Source: Candidatus Cloacimonadales bacterium
GTDB taxonomy: Bacteria; Cloacimonadota; Cloacimonadia; Cloacimonadales; JAIOQZ01
Direction of reading: 5' to 3'
Assembly: GCA_963674825.1 (NCBI GenBank)
Contig: OY771587.1
Span: forward strand, 1,952,001 to 2,016,000
DNA length: 64,000 nucleotides
The notes below the pieces were generated by a model, which had not been told where the DNA came from, did not search any database, and was given only the letters and a program-made list of their open reading frames with translations. Both the position numbers and the translations under genes were made by a program. Every line of letters starts with the position of its first letter. Position 1 is the first letter of the stretch. Below, one piece after another: positions 1 to 9,603 of the stretch.

Positions 1-499
1 GATCTTCCTTCTCAGTGTCCGAAAGGCTTTCGTCGTTCTCAATGTATGTTTTCTCGAAGTTGTCGTTGATCGCGGTGAGAAACGGCAGCATACCGAGGTC
101 CTTGAACATGTCGCGCATATTCTTCAGATTGCTGGTTGTCATCAGCATAAAGCCGTGCTGCGCAATGAAATCACGGTCTGTAGTATAATCTACTCGCTTG
201 ATCTCAGGCTTGATCGCCGCGATTTTTGGAGCGACACGATTGGCGAACTCCACCAGTTCGTCCTCATCACCGGAAACCGCTACGATAAGATTGGAAGACG
301 AGCTGAAATGATCGATAATCCGATTCAGTTCGATCACAGTGGGATCGTCACGCGGCATCAAGTCTTTGAAGCTCATCTTGACCTTCATACCGGAAGCGAT
401 ATAGATCGAAAGCCCGGTGATGATCAGGAATATGAAAAGCAGTGCGATATGCTTCTTTGCAATTAGATTGCCGAAGAATTCGAAGATCTTCTTTCTCAT
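1..499 (-). CDS. MMPL/RND-family transporter, N-terminal part (runs off window)
   Basis: Manual translation from ATG at 499: MRKKIFEFFGNLIAKKHIALLFIFLIITGLSIYIASGMKVKMSFKDLMPRDDP. A TM helix followed by an L/M-P-x-D-x-P motif is typical of MMPL proteins; lies directly downstream of tetR. Confidence 0.7.
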   Translation of the reverse strand, partial: MRKKIFEFFGNLIAKKHIALLFIFLIITGLSIYIASGMKVKMSFKDLMPRDDPTVIELNRIIDHFSSSSNLIVAVSGDEDELVEFANRVAPKIAAIKPEIKRVDYTTDRDFIAQHGFMLMTTSNLKNMRDMFKDLGMLPFLTAINDNFEKTYIENDESLSDTEKED

Positions 500-512
500 A
501 ATGTTACCCCGG

Positions 513-1115
513 TTATTTCGTTGTTATAACTTTCCACAGGTTGTCGATGTATCGATGTAGTTTGTCCTGAGCTTCCCTATCTACCTGGCTGATCATAATT
601 GTGCCTTCATAGAGTGCATTGAAGCTGAAAGCAATAGAATCGATATCCACATCATTTCGAATGATTCCAGCATCCTGGCCTTGTTTTAACTTGCCCGAAA
701 CTTGCTCCTGCATATGCCGATATATGTCTCGAGCTTTATCGCGGAGATCCGAAAATCTGCCCATAGCATCGAACATCATCTTGAAGTAATGGAACGGATT
801 GATTCCTTTTTCGCCTGTCATTTGGAAGAAGGTTTCTTCGATCTCTCCGATAGTCTTGAAGAAGCCCTTGAACAGTTCCTCAGCGCTTCTAGACTGTTTA
901 ACAAGCTCGCTGGTCCAATCAGCCATTTGCTCCAGATAGTTGGGGATAATCTCGTAGTAAAGCGCTTCCTTGCCGTTGAAATAGTGGTAAATTCCACCTT
1001 TGGTAATCCCTGAACGAACAACGATGTCGTTCATAGAAGCACGCTCATAGCTTTTTGTGAGGAATTCGATCAGCGCGGCATTCATGATGCGTTGCTTGGT
1101 AGAGTCGAGATTCAT
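513..1115 (-). CDS. TetR/AcrR family transcriptional regulator
   Basis: N-terminal HTH: TKQRIMNAALIEF...SMNDIVVRSGITKGGIYHYFNGKEAL. Confidence 0.92.
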   Translation of the reverse strand: MNLDSTKQRIMNAALIEFLTKSYERASMNDIVVRSGITKGGIYHYFNGKEALYYEIIPNYLEQMADWTSELVKQSRSAEELFKGFFKTIGEIEETFFQMTGEKGINPFHYFKMMFDAMGRFSDLRDKARDIYRHMQEQVSGKLKQGQDAGIIRNDVDIDSIAFSFNALYEGTIMISQVDREAQDKLHRYIDNLWKVITTK

Positions 1116-1130
1116 ATTAGCTCCTTAATC

Positions 1131-1148
1131 ATACCGACTGGTCGGTAT
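1131..1148. promoter_or_regulatory. Putative TetR operator
   Basis: Perfect inverted repeat ATACCGAC-TG-GTCGGTAT 15 bp upstream of the tetR start, downstream of a TTGACG -35-like hexamer on the minus strand. Confidence 0.7.
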
Positions 1149-1238
1149 TGATTTTGAAGCTGTGATTTCCGTCAAGATTTTTTTGATTGAGATTCAGGTG
1201 ATGTGGGAAATCAGAATGGTAAAATTATCGAAACAACT

Positions 1239-2795
1239 CTATTCACTCGGCATGTCTTCTGGCTTTTTATCTTCAAGCACCACCATTTTGGTTTTCTTAC
1301 TATAATCAGCAAAACGATAGTTCTCGATATCTTTATATCGTGCGACGATATCGCGAATTTTCTGCGCGGCCTGGCGGGCTTTTTCCAGGTATTTCATCGT
1401 ATCCTGGTCACCGCTGAGCTGTATTTCCAAGAGATCGAGGTTTCCCTGCAAAACTGTAAGAGGCTGATTAATCTCGTGATTCGCAGTAACGGCCATTGCC
1501 GAGACGGAAGTAGTGCGTTCCAGTTTGATAATCTCATTCTGAGCCGATTTTAGCTGCTCGTATGCTGCTGCGAGTTCGACGTTTTTCAGGCGATAAATCT
1601 CCGCTTCCTTGGCTTTCTTCTCCGATTCGTATTTTTTATCCATCTCCGCGAGTGCACGGGTTTTTTCCACGGTGGAAATTCTTTCTCTCAGTTCCAGTAG
1701 CGCGCTCTGCTCTTCGAGGGCTTTCTGAAGATATCCGGACCGTTTCAGGTAGTTTTCTTTCTCGTGGTCCGCGAAGTTCATATACAGGAAGAAAGTGTTC
1801 TGATGATTTGCGAAGAGGATATCCAGCGCTGCGATTTCTTCAGCGATCACCCGGGATTCCATCAGGTGGGTCAACGCATTGTCGAACTGTCTCAGAAATA
1901 TCTCGCTGTTTGCCATGCTTGTCAGTGCGTTGGCGATTCCCCATTTTTCATCATTGACCCTGTTCATGTCGATTGCTTTCTGGTAGAAATTACGTGCTCG
2001 TGCATAATCATGCAGGTTGAAGTAAAGATTCCCCATATTGTTCAGTAAGTCCGCTTTGGGATGGGAATCTTCCATCTCGTCGTACAATTCAAGCGCTTTT
2101 AGTCCATTGGAGAGAGCATCTTCTGTTCTTGCCAGCATCATATAAGACTGGCATAGGTTGCTGTATATTCCACAGATGGTGTTGTTGTTTGCTTCGTCGC
2201 AAAACCTCAGGGCTTGCTGGAAATACTCAACAGCCATTTCGGGGTTGGCGATACGATTGTAAAGATTTCCGATGTTAACATTGATGTCACATAGATCGCC
2301 TTTATCGCCCAGTTCTTCACGGATCTTGAGCGCTTTCATCATGAAATCGAGGGCGCGGTCGAATTCGAGCTTGTTGCTATGAATCACACCAATGTTGTTG
2401 TAGAGCTGCGCCAACATGGGTTTCTCTTCGTTTTTCTCGAAATATTCCAGCGCATTGGTGAAGTGCTCCAGCGAACGATTCAGGTTACCTTTGCGGCTGT
2501 AGATCAGGCCAAGATTACTGTTCAATACGGCGATATCGCGCAAGCCTTCAACTTTCTCGGAGATCTCAAGAACTTTTATGTACCCGTTATCGGAATAGCC
2601 CATTTGCTCGAGCTGGATATAATACTGGTACACCATCGCGATCAGCATGCCCTTGGCTGTGTCGTCCGGCATCGATTCGATGATTCTGTCGCACTCGGCA
2701 AGGTACTCGATTGCTTCGTTGGGGGCTTCTTCCATCCTGTCGCGGACTTTCTCGACAAGTTCCTTTACTTTCTGGATATTCTGGTTTGTGTTCAT
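1239..2795 (-). CDS. Tetratricopeptide-repeat protein with C-terminal HisKA-like domain
   Basis: Multiple TPRs (YNNIGVIH, NIGNLY, LNNMGNLY), a coiled coil, and H-box ANHEINQPL; no HATPase_c domain follows. Confidence 0.8.
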   Translation of the reverse strand: MNTNQNIQKVKELVEKVRDRMEEAPNEAIEYLAECDRIIESMPDDTAKGMLIAMVYQYYIQLEQMGYSDNGYIKVLEISEKVEGLRDIAVLNSNLGLIYSRKGNLNRSLEHFTNALEYFEKNEEKPMLAQLYNNIGVIHSNKLEFDRALDFMMKALKIREELGDKGDLCDINVNIGNLYNRIANPEMAVEYFQQALRFCDEANNNTICGIYSNLCQSYMMLARTEDALSNGLKALELYDEMEDSHPKADLLNNMGNLYFNLHDYARARNFYQKAIDMNRVNDEKWGIANALTSMANSEIFLRQFDNALTHLMESRVIAEEIAALDILFANHQNTFFLYMNFADHEKENYLKRSGYLQKALEEQSALLELRERISTVEKTRALAEMDKKYESEKKAKEAEIYRLKNVELAAAYEQLKSAQNEIIKLERTTSVSAMAVTANHEINQPLTVLQGNLDLLEIQLSGDQDTMKYLEKARQAAQKIRDIVARYKDIENYRFADYSKKTKMVVLEDKKPEDMPSE

Positions 2796-3096
2796 CGTGA
2801 AACCTCTAATACGTTCGCTATACGAAAGATTGTCTGATCGAGGAAATTCGTCAAGATATTACCATTTTGCTATTCAATAACAGATAATATTCACGATGCA
2901 CAAAACCTTGCTAACCCCAAACGGCGTCAAGCGAAAAACACGGAATCTCAAGATTTTCTGAACAAGCTACGGGCATCGTTCGTTATTTCTTCCCGTATCG
3001 AATCGCAAAGCTACCATTCTGTTGACAAACCGTCTGAATTATAGCAAGATAGAAGTGTAGGTAAAGATTCAGATACTCTTTGCAGCAAGGAGGCTT

Positions 3097-3465
3097 ATGA
3101 TGAAAAGCACTGCTTTGATTTTAGTTTTTATCGCTTTATGTGCTATCTCGTTTCTGGCAGCACAGGATGCTGATTCCAGCGATTGCCAGACAATGATCGG
3201 GCTACTACCGAACAATCCCAATCCGTTCAAACCATGCACGACGATCGCGTTCAATCTCGATCGCGAAGCTGAATTCACCATCACGATCCACGACCACTAC
3301 GGGCAACTTGTGCAGCAGTACAACGGCATCGGACGAGAGGGACGTAATTCGTTCGAATGGGATGGTAAAGATCAGGCCGGTCGCATGGTCGAACCGGGTG
3401 TTTTTCTGATCAACATGTGCTGCGGTGAATACAACGGTACGTGCAAAGCAATTTTGATGAAATGA
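3097..3465 (+). CDS. Small secreted protein consisting of a FlgD-Ig/T9SS-CTD-like domain
   Basis: Signal peptide, then NNPNPFKPCTTIAF...WDGKDQAGRMVEPGVF...AILMK. Confidence 0.75.
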   Translation: MMKSTALILVFIALCAISFLAAQDADSSDCQTMIGLLPNNPNPFKPCTTIAFNLDREAEFTITIHDHYGQLVQQYNGIGREGRNSFEWDGKDQAGRMVEPGVFLINMCCGEYNGTCKAILMK

Positions 3466-3503
3466 TGTCTTGATTATTCTGTAAAACCCATAGACCCATC
3501 CAC

Positions 3504-3545
3504 ACCGCTTTCAATCGGCTCCGATTGGAGGCGGTTCCTTTTTTT
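3504..3545 (+). terminator. Intrinsic terminator
   Basis: ACCGCTTTCAATCGG/CCGATTGGAGGCGGT stem followed by a T-run. Confidence 0.7.
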
Positions 3546-3553
3546 ACAAGGAT

Positions 3554-3608
3554 AAAAAAAACCGAACATTCTGATGCATCACAAGGATACATCTCGATGT
3601 TCGGTTTT
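3554..3608 (-). terminator. Probable terminator of the flagellar operon
   Basis: AAAACCGAACAT...ATGTTCGGTTTT inverted repeat with a T-run on the minus strand, just after the fliW stop. Confidence 0.6.
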
Positions 3609-3646
3609 AAATTCCTGTTGATTTACACTGACCGAAAATATTCCGA

Positions 3647-4093
3647 TCAGCCGGCCTTGGCAACCGCATCGTCGGAGAGCAGGCGGAACTTCAGATCGTA
3701 ATCGGGGTGATCCAGTACTACCTGTTTTCCGAGGTTGTTCACGGTGTTGATGAGGAGCGGACCTTTGAGGTTCGCGGTCATCTTGCTCGGGTCCTTGGGA
3801 ACGGTGACGATCACAAGCTGTGCGACACGCGTCGGGTCATCGACTTCGATTTCTTCCAGGTCGGCTTTATAGAGCCGAATCTGGTAGTCGGGCTTAAAAA
3901 TGAGCGGATCGGTCACCACAAACGCGAGGTCGGGTGATTCCATGCTCTGGAGCCACTTCAGAGGTGACTTTTTGTTGGAATCGATCAGCACGTAGTCCTT
4001 GTAGCCGGCAAAGCCGAGGATGCCGCTTGGGAACGTGATCTTGGTCTTGGGATCGATTTCAATCTCGCCGAATCGTTTTGTCTTGATTTTCAT
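3647..4093 (-). CDS. fliW: Flagellar assembly factor FliW
   Basis: TKRFGEIEI, FPSGILGF, WLQS, MTANLKGPLLIN motifs. Confidence 0.95.
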   Translation of the reverse strand: MKIKTKRFGEIEIDPKTKITFPSGILGFAGYKDYVLIDSNKKSPLKWLQSMESPDLAFVVTDPLIFKPDYQIRLYKADLEEIEVDDPTRVAQLVIVTVPKDPSKMTANLKGPLLINTVNNLGKQVVLDHPDYDLKFRLLSDDAVAKAG

Positions 4094-4107
4094 GCTATTT
4101 CCCTCTC

Positions 4108-5280
4108 TTATAAATAATTAAGCAGACTTTCGGATAGAACACTACTCAGCATGGAAGTGGTGGTGGAAAGCGCCGTTTCGAGCAAAGAGAGTTGTGAAAT
4201 AGCATCCACCAGATCTGTTTCGGAGACATTCTCGATGTTGGACGTCAGGTTCGTTTCCACGCTAACGAGGTTGTTGCGTGCGACTTCGATCCTGTTCAGG
4301 CGGGTTCCCGCCGCGGCCAGCGTATTCTCGAAGGTGTCCTGAACCGCTTCAAGGTCTTCGAGAGCTTTCGCTATGGCATCGGAATCTCCATTTTCCAAAG
4401 CGATCTTGAGATTGTACATGGTATCGATCAGTCCGGTGTCTTCAGCTACTTCCTGCCCGGTGAAATTGGATATGATACGAGTTGATTTGCTCATATTGAA
4501 TTCAATTTCGCCATCATCACCATTATAGGCTCCGGAGCGGACATACAGCTTGAATTCGTCGCCTTCGGCGAACGTTCCGTCTGTAAAGCTTGCCTGGACA
4601 CCAAGGTCCTCACCGTTTACGTCGTCGTAAACCGATATCGTACTTGAAAGCGTCAGTTGACTTCCCCAGGTGGCACCGCCATCTTCAGAAACCTGATATT
4701 GGGCGGTACCGACGTCGCCGCCGGATATGATCCGTACCAGATATTCTTTCTCGGATGTGCCGGTGAATTCCCCGGAAGTGGTCATCGTACCCTCATAGGT
4801 ATTGGCACTGGATGCATAACCTGGCAGGATCCTTCCGTAATTGAGGTAGGCCTGCTCGTTGGTGTTGTATCCAGAGAAGAGGTAACGATTGTTCTGTTTG
4901 GTGTTAAGAGCTTGGAACATTTGTTCGATCATGCCTCCAACCTCATCGGAGCCAACCGCATATGTCGTAGCATTCGCTGTACCGGTTGCGTTCAATTCGG
5001 CAACCTCTCTCGCCTGGGCCAGAAGGTCGCTGATTTCCGACAAAGACTGCTCGGCAGCCGTCAGGTATTGCTCGGCGTCGTCCATGTTATCCTGATACCG
5101 TTGATTCGCTGCCAGATCGGCAGAGTATCTCATGTACATGACGGTACCTGTGGGGTCATCCGACGCATTGTTCAGCGATTTGCCCGTGGTGATTTCTTCT
5201 TGCAGCTCCCGATATTGCTCGAGCCGTTTGTTCAGCTGAGCATATACGGTTTGATACGCCATCTGGGTTGTGATTCTCAC
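4108..5280 (-). CDS. flgL: Flagellar hook-associated protein 3 FlgL
   Basis: Flagellin-like N-terminus (RITTQM...TGKSLNNASDDP) and RYLFSG motif; GTG start at 5280 with GGAGG RBS. Confidence 0.9.
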   Translation of the reverse strand: MRITTQMAYQTVYAQLNKRLEQYRELQEEITTGKSLNNASDDPTGTVMYMRYSADLAANQRYQDNMDDAEQYLTAAEQSLSEISDLLAQAREVAELNATGTANATTYAVGSDEVGGMIEQMFQALNTKQNNRYLFSGYNTNEQAYLNYGRILPGYASSANTYEGTMTTSGEFTGTSEKEYLVRIISGGDVGTAQYQVSEDGGATWGSQLTLSSTISVYDDVNGEDLGVQASFTDGTFAEGDEFKLYVRSGAYNGDDGEIEFNMSKSTRIISNFTGQEVAEDTGLIDTMYNLKIALENGDSDAIAKALEDLEAVQDTFENTLAAAGTRLNRIEVARNNLVSVETNLTSNIENVSETDLVDAISQLSLLETALSTTTSMLSSVLSESLLNYL

Positions 5281-5281
5281 C

Positions 5282-5527
5282 TTAACCTCCCATTTTACCA
5301 CTCAGAAGTTCGTTCAATTTATCAAACGATGTTTGATCAATGACAGTTTTGGACGCTTTCTGATTTTCTTTCAGAATTTTCTCATAGATCTCTTTGCGAT
5401 AGACCGGTAGCGCTTTGGGCGCTCTAATACCAATTCTTGCCGATGTTTTGTTCATCTCTGCGAGCACGATCTCAATATCGTCTCCGACGATAATCGACTC
5501 GCCAATTTTTCTGGTCAAAATTAACAT
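5282..5527 (-). CDS. csrA: Carbon storage regulator CsrA
   Basis: MLILTRKIGESIIVGDDI...RIGIRAPK...VYRKEIY, with a C-terminal extension of the FliW-binding type. Confidence 0.95.
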   Translation of the reverse strand: MLILTRKIGESIIVGDDIEIVLAEMNKTSARIGIRAPKALPVYRKEIYEKILKENQKASKTVIDQTSFDKLNELLSGKMGG

Positions 5528-5586
5528 CTTTCACCTTCCTTGGTGCCTTTGTATGCCGCGAGGGCAATTTTAACCTTCCCTGGTTA

Positions 5587-6963
5587 TCAGCCGACCAGTC
5601 CTATGACTGTTCCCATAAGCTCATCGGCCATTTCGATGATTTTGGCTGCCGCTTGGTAGGATCTCTGGTAGTTCAAGAGATTCACAGATTCCTCATCCAG
5701 CGACACACCTTTCACAGATTCCCTATAATTATCGATTTGATTTGTCGTCAGTTCCAATGTCTCTGCCTGCGTTTCGGCGGTGGAGGTGTCTTTTCCTATT
5801 TGCGAGATTGTTGAAGCGTAATACTCGCCAAAGGTCTGATTCCCCATCGACGTATCGGAACGCAGTCCTGCTATTTGAAGTGCAATACGGTTATCGCCCT
5901 CTTCTCCACCCAGAGAAGTGGCTATCTTATCCGGCGAATTGGCGATCGCGTCCGAGAGACGGAAATCGGCAGCGCCGGTTATGTCCGATGCGAAAAAGTC
6001 GAGATTTGTAGAAGGAGGATCGCCAATACCGCTACCCTGACGGTGGATGGCGTTGAACTGCTGACTGAGGTTGACGGCCAGGTTGTCCAGCCGGTCCATG
6101 TAGTTCGTAAGATGTTCGTCGCGCAGCTTTAGGAGGCCATTGAGCTGGCCCTGTGTGAGCCCGTTGATACCGGATTGTGTATCTGCCCAGTCGAGTGTGC
6201 TCTTCTGGAGGCCATCGACGACCCTTGTTCTCACTTCGATATGCCGTGCCGAGTCGTGCGTCACCAGCTGATCGGTCCCGAAATAGACGACTCTGCTGCC
6301 CGATGCGGTTTCCTGCACCGATACGTTACCATACTGTGAGAGTTCGTCCAGCAGTGCATCATACTTGTCTTCGAGATCGTTCGCGGGAGTTCCCTGCTGT
6401 CGAGCCATCGTGATCTGCTTGTTTAGCCCGGCGAGTTCGTCCGCAATACCGTTGACTTCTGAAGCCACGGTCTGGATTTCCTCATCGACCTCTGTGTACT
6501 TGTCCGAAATCGTTCCATAGACTCGTTGGAACGAATTCGAGAGCTTCTCGGCCGCGCTGAGGACGCTAAGCCTGTAGGTCGAATCGGCGGGATTGTCCGC
6601 GAGGGCTTCCCATGAATCCCAGAATGCACTGAGATCGGTTGCCAGTCCATAGTCCGAGAGTTCATTCAGCTCCGATTCCAGTTCCTGGAGCTTTTCGGAC
6701 ATCCTTCCCCACGAATTCAGCTCGGAGTTCTCCTCACGGTAGCTATCATCGAGGTAAAGGTCGCGCATACGCTCGATACGCACGGCTTCCACGCCTGTTC
6801 CATAGTAGGCGTTGTAATCGGAAACCGGTATGCTGCTTTCCTGAATCACGCGTTGCCGGCTATATCCTTCGGTATTCACGTTGGATATGTTATGACCGGT
6901 CGTCTGCAGATTCTGCTCAGCAACCGAAAGCGCTTTGCGCCCTATGGACAATAGGTCGAACAT
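5587..6963 (-). CDS. flgK: Flagellar hook-associated protein 1 FlgK
   Basis: TTGHNISNVNTEGYSRQ and GVSLDEESVNLLNYQRSYQAAAK. Confidence 0.95.
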   Translation of the reverse strand: MFDLLSIGRKALSVAEQNLQTTGHNISNVNTEGYSRQRVIQESSIPVSDYNAYYGTGVEAVRIERMRDLYLDDSYREENSELNSWGRMSEKLQELESELNELSDYGLATDLSAFWDSWEALADNPADSTYRLSVLSAAEKLSNSFQRVYGTISDKYTEVDEEIQTVASEVNGIADELAGLNKQITMARQQGTPANDLEDKYDALLDELSQYGNVSVQETASGSRVVYFGTDQLVTHDSARHIEVRTRVVDGLQKSTLDWADTQSGINGLTQGQLNGLLKLRDEHLTNYMDRLDNLAVNLSQQFNAIHRQGSGIGDPPSTNLDFFASDITGAADFRLSDAIANSPDKIATSLGGEEGDNRIALQIAGLRSDTSMGNQTFGEYYASTISQIGKDTSTAETQAETLELTTNQIDNYRESVKGVSLDEESVNLLNYQRSYQAAAKIIEMADELMGTVIGLVG

Positions 6964-6965
6964 GC

Positions 6966-7466
6966 CTAAATCCTCTTGTTCAGAAGAATTGAGCTTCTCT
7001 TCTGGTTGATCATTCCCACGCGACTGTAAACGCGGTCGCGGTCAATGATATCCGCGATCATTTCCAGGTTGTCTCCCACCATCTCCAAGCCGGTGCGGAT
7101 CAGTTCTTTATTCTCCGCGGAGAGCTTGTCGATTGTCTTGAGCGTGTTGGCAAAGACCTTGAAGAACACCTGTGCTTTCTCCCGCTCTTCGGGTTCGGAA
7201 AAGACACAGTCGATATTCTTCAGGGAGGTCTCTTCGATGCCCACACCCACCGTCAACGCCAGCGTTTCCATCAGGTCGTTCCGTTCGTTGGTGGTGTTGT
7301 GTGCGCGGCCGATCAACAGCGCTGCCCTTTGGCTGACTTCCTGGAACTGACGGATATCCCATTTCATTAAAGCGTACTTTTGCTCTGAAAGTACGAGTGC
7401 TACTTCCTGGTAAGCGGCAATCTCCTCTTCCCAGGCGTTGAAAAAATCTCTTTTCAGGGTATCCAT
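6966..7466 (-). CDS. flgN: FlgN-like flagellar export chaperone
   Basis: Helical ~166 aa protein between flgJ and flgK with a L..EN..LI motif; ATG at 7466 with GAAGGAG RBS. Confidence 0.6.
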   Translation of the reverse strand: MDTLKRDFFNAWEEEIAAYQEVALVLSEQKYALMKWDIRQFQEVSQRAALLIGRAHNTTNERNDLMETLALTVGVGIEETSLKNIDCVFSEPEEREKAQVFFKVFANTLKTIDKLSAENKELIRTGLEMVGDNLEMIADIIDRDRVYSRVGMINQKRSSILLNKRI

Positions 7467-7479
7467 CTTGACTCCTTCT

Positions 7480-8331
7480 TTATTGCATCGATTCGTAATA
7501 ATCCATAACTCGTCGCACGTAGTGCTGGGTCTCTTTGAACGGCGGAATACCGTTGTGCTTATCGACATTTCCAGGACCGGCATTGTATGCTGCCAGCGCT
7601 AATTGGACGTCACCTTCATAGCGATCCATCATCATCTTGAGGTAGCGAACGCCACCCTGAATGTTCTGCTCAGGATCGAACGAATCCTGTACGCCAAGTC
7701 CTTCCGCTGTCTTGTCCATGAGCTGCATCAGACCCTTTGCGCCAGCGTGTGATTCAGCGTTGGGATTGCCGTAGCTCTCCTGTGCGATGACCGCCTTGAC
7801 CAGGTTCTCGTCCACACCGTACTTGTCGGCGATCTCCACGATGATCGGTTCGTATTCCCGAAGACGATCTGCGAGAGTCTTGCCGATGGGCTGCGCGGTT
7901 TTTTCCACGACTTTCTCGGCAACTTCCTGCACCGTTTCCGTTGTTTTGGTCAGGGGCTTCTTCGTGCGAATGTAGTCTTTCTCTGAGAGGTTTCGCAGGC
8001 TTTCGATGGGATCCTGATCCTGTGCATCGAACTGCTTCATGATCTGCTTCGAGAGGCCGAAATCGCCTTTCTTCGAGATGTTCATGGCGATCTGCTGCAG
8101 GAACATTTCCTGATACCAGTCGCCACCCGGGACATCGCCCAGCATGGATGCATTCTCGAGTGTCTCGGTCATTGCTGAAAGCATCTGCCGTACGAAAATC
8201 GCCTCGAATTCCTGCGCTGCTTCTTCCGCTTTATCGCGGTCGAAATCCTTGATCTGCTCACCGAGTTTCTTGAACTTCTCGGCGTCGATCCGCTGGATTT
8301 GCAGTGCTTGTTGTCCTTCGAGTGCGATCAT
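7480..8331 (-). CDS. flgJ: FlgJ rod-binding domain fused to SLT lytic transglycosylase
   Basis: [17 protein letters not shown] (rod-binding) plus [26 protein letters not shown] (SLT). Confidence 0.85.
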   Translation of the reverse strand: MIALEGQQALQIQRIDAEKFKKLGEQIKDFDRDKAEEAAQEFEAIFVRQMLSAMTETLENASMLGDVPGGDWYQEMFLQQIAMNISKKGDFGLSKQIMKQFDAQDQDPIESLRNLSEKDYIRTKKPLTKTTETVQEVAEKVVEKTAQPIGKTLADRLREYEPIIVEIADKYGVDENLVKAVIAQESYGNPNAESHAGAKGLMQLMDKTAEGLGVQDSFDPEQNIQGGVRYLKMMMDRYEGDVQLALAAYNAGPGNVDKHNGIPPFKETQHYVRRVMDYYESMQ

Positions 8332-8340
8332 ACCATGCTC

Positions 8341-9426
8341 CTACATGATTACCAGCTCGGCCTGTAATGCGCCGGCTGCCTTGAGTGACTGAAAAATGGA
8401 TATAAGATCACGCGGTGTGACTTTAATGCTATTAAGTGCACGGGCGAGTTCCTGTACGGTGCTCGATTCCAGCACCATAACCCGTGCGGGTTCGTTTATC
8501 GCGGAGATTGTTCCGTATTCGCTCGTCTGTTCGGCCATTCCCCAGCCGACACTCTCTGTTTCCGTATAGGTGTTGATCTTGATCATCAGGTTGCCATGCG
8601 CCACTGCCACTTCGGAAAGCTCGACATTGCCGCCGGCGACGATCGTTCCTGTACGCTCGTTGATGACAACGCGCGCTTTCTGCTCGGGAACCACTTCGAG
8701 ATTTTCGATCGTCGAGATGAAGCCGATCAGCTTCTTTTGAACCAGCACCGAGTCGGGTACTACGATCTGCACGGAACTTGCATCTTCCGGCGCTGCCAGA
8801 CGATATTCGAAATGTGCGTTGATCGCTTCAGCGACACGTTGTGCAGTAGTAAAATCGGGATTTTGAAGATTGATGAGCAGCTCGCCGTTGTAGAGCATCT
8901 GACTATAGACTTCTTTCTCCACCACAGCGCCGTCGGGAATCCGTCCCACCAGCGCGAAGTTCTTACGAACTTTCGCACCTGCCGTGCTGGAATTGAAACC
9001 GCCGATGGAGATCGCGCCCTGCGCCATCGCGTAGAGCTCTTCATCGATACCGAGAAGCGGCGTCATAAGAAGCGTTCCGCCTTCAAGGCTCTTGGCGTCA
9101 CCCACGGAAGAGACGGTTACATCGAAACGACTGCCCGACTTGGAAAAAGCCGGAAGCGTTGCGGTAACGATTACCGCTGCAACGTTGTTGGGCCGAATCT
9201 TGTTCTCCGCGATTGTCAGGCCGAACCGCTCCATCATATTCTTGATCGATTGGATCGTCATCTGACTGCTGCTGCCGTCGCCAGTCCCATCCAGGCCAAC
9301 CACTAGCCCGTAGCCGATAAGCTGCTTCGATTCCAGACCGCTGAAACCGGCGATGTCCTTTAACCGGACCTGCGCATGCATGAGCACGACGCTCAGTAGT
9401 AACGCAAGAAACACGGCTCTCTTCAT
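8341..9426 (-). CDS. flgI: Flagellar P-ring protein FlgI
   Basis: RLKDIA, LIGYGLVVGLDGTGD, GDAKSLEGGTLL, VVINERTGTIV; signal peptide from ATG at 9426. Confidence 0.97.
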   Translation of the reverse strand: MKRAVFLALLLSVVLMHAQVRLKDIAGFSGLESKQLIGYGLVVGLDGTGDGSSSQMTIQSIKNMMERFGLTIAENKIRPNNVAAVIVTATLPAFSKSGSRFDVTVSSVGDAKSLEGGTLLMTPLLGIDEELYAMAQGAISIGGFNSSTAGAKVRKNFALVGRIPDGAVVEKEVYSQMLYNGELLINLQNPDFTTAQRVAEAINAHFEYRLAAPEDASSVQIVVPDSVLVQKKLIGFISTIENLEVVPEQKARVVINERTGTIVAGGNVELSEVAVAHGNLMIKINTYTETESVGWGMAEQTSEYGTISAINEPARVMVLESSTVQELARALNSIKVTPRDLISIFQSLKAAGALQAELVIM

Positions 9427-9524
9427 TTTCTTTACCTCATAAATTGGTTTTCCACTTGGGCACATCGTTGCCGAGACGCTATGCCCGATCGGAAAATTTA
9501 CCGAACCAGATGGGCGTTGTGAAA

Positions 9525-9603
9525 GGCTGTCTCTCGTAATCCGCAGCCATAAAACTGTTGTCTCTCGTAATCAACAGCACGAATTGATGTCATTCGTAAT
9601 CAA
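9525..9603 (-). repeat. Three tandem stem-loops with a shared loop motif in the flgI upstream region
   Basis: TGTCTCTCGTAATC at 9528 and 9559 and TGTCATTCGTAATC at 9588, each flanked by a different complementary stem. Confidence 0.75.

Noticed and set aside
3574..3593. CsrA-like ACAAGGA motif in the hairpin after fliW
   Set aside because: It reads on the plus strand, downstream of a terminator and opposite to the flagellar transcript; likely chance.
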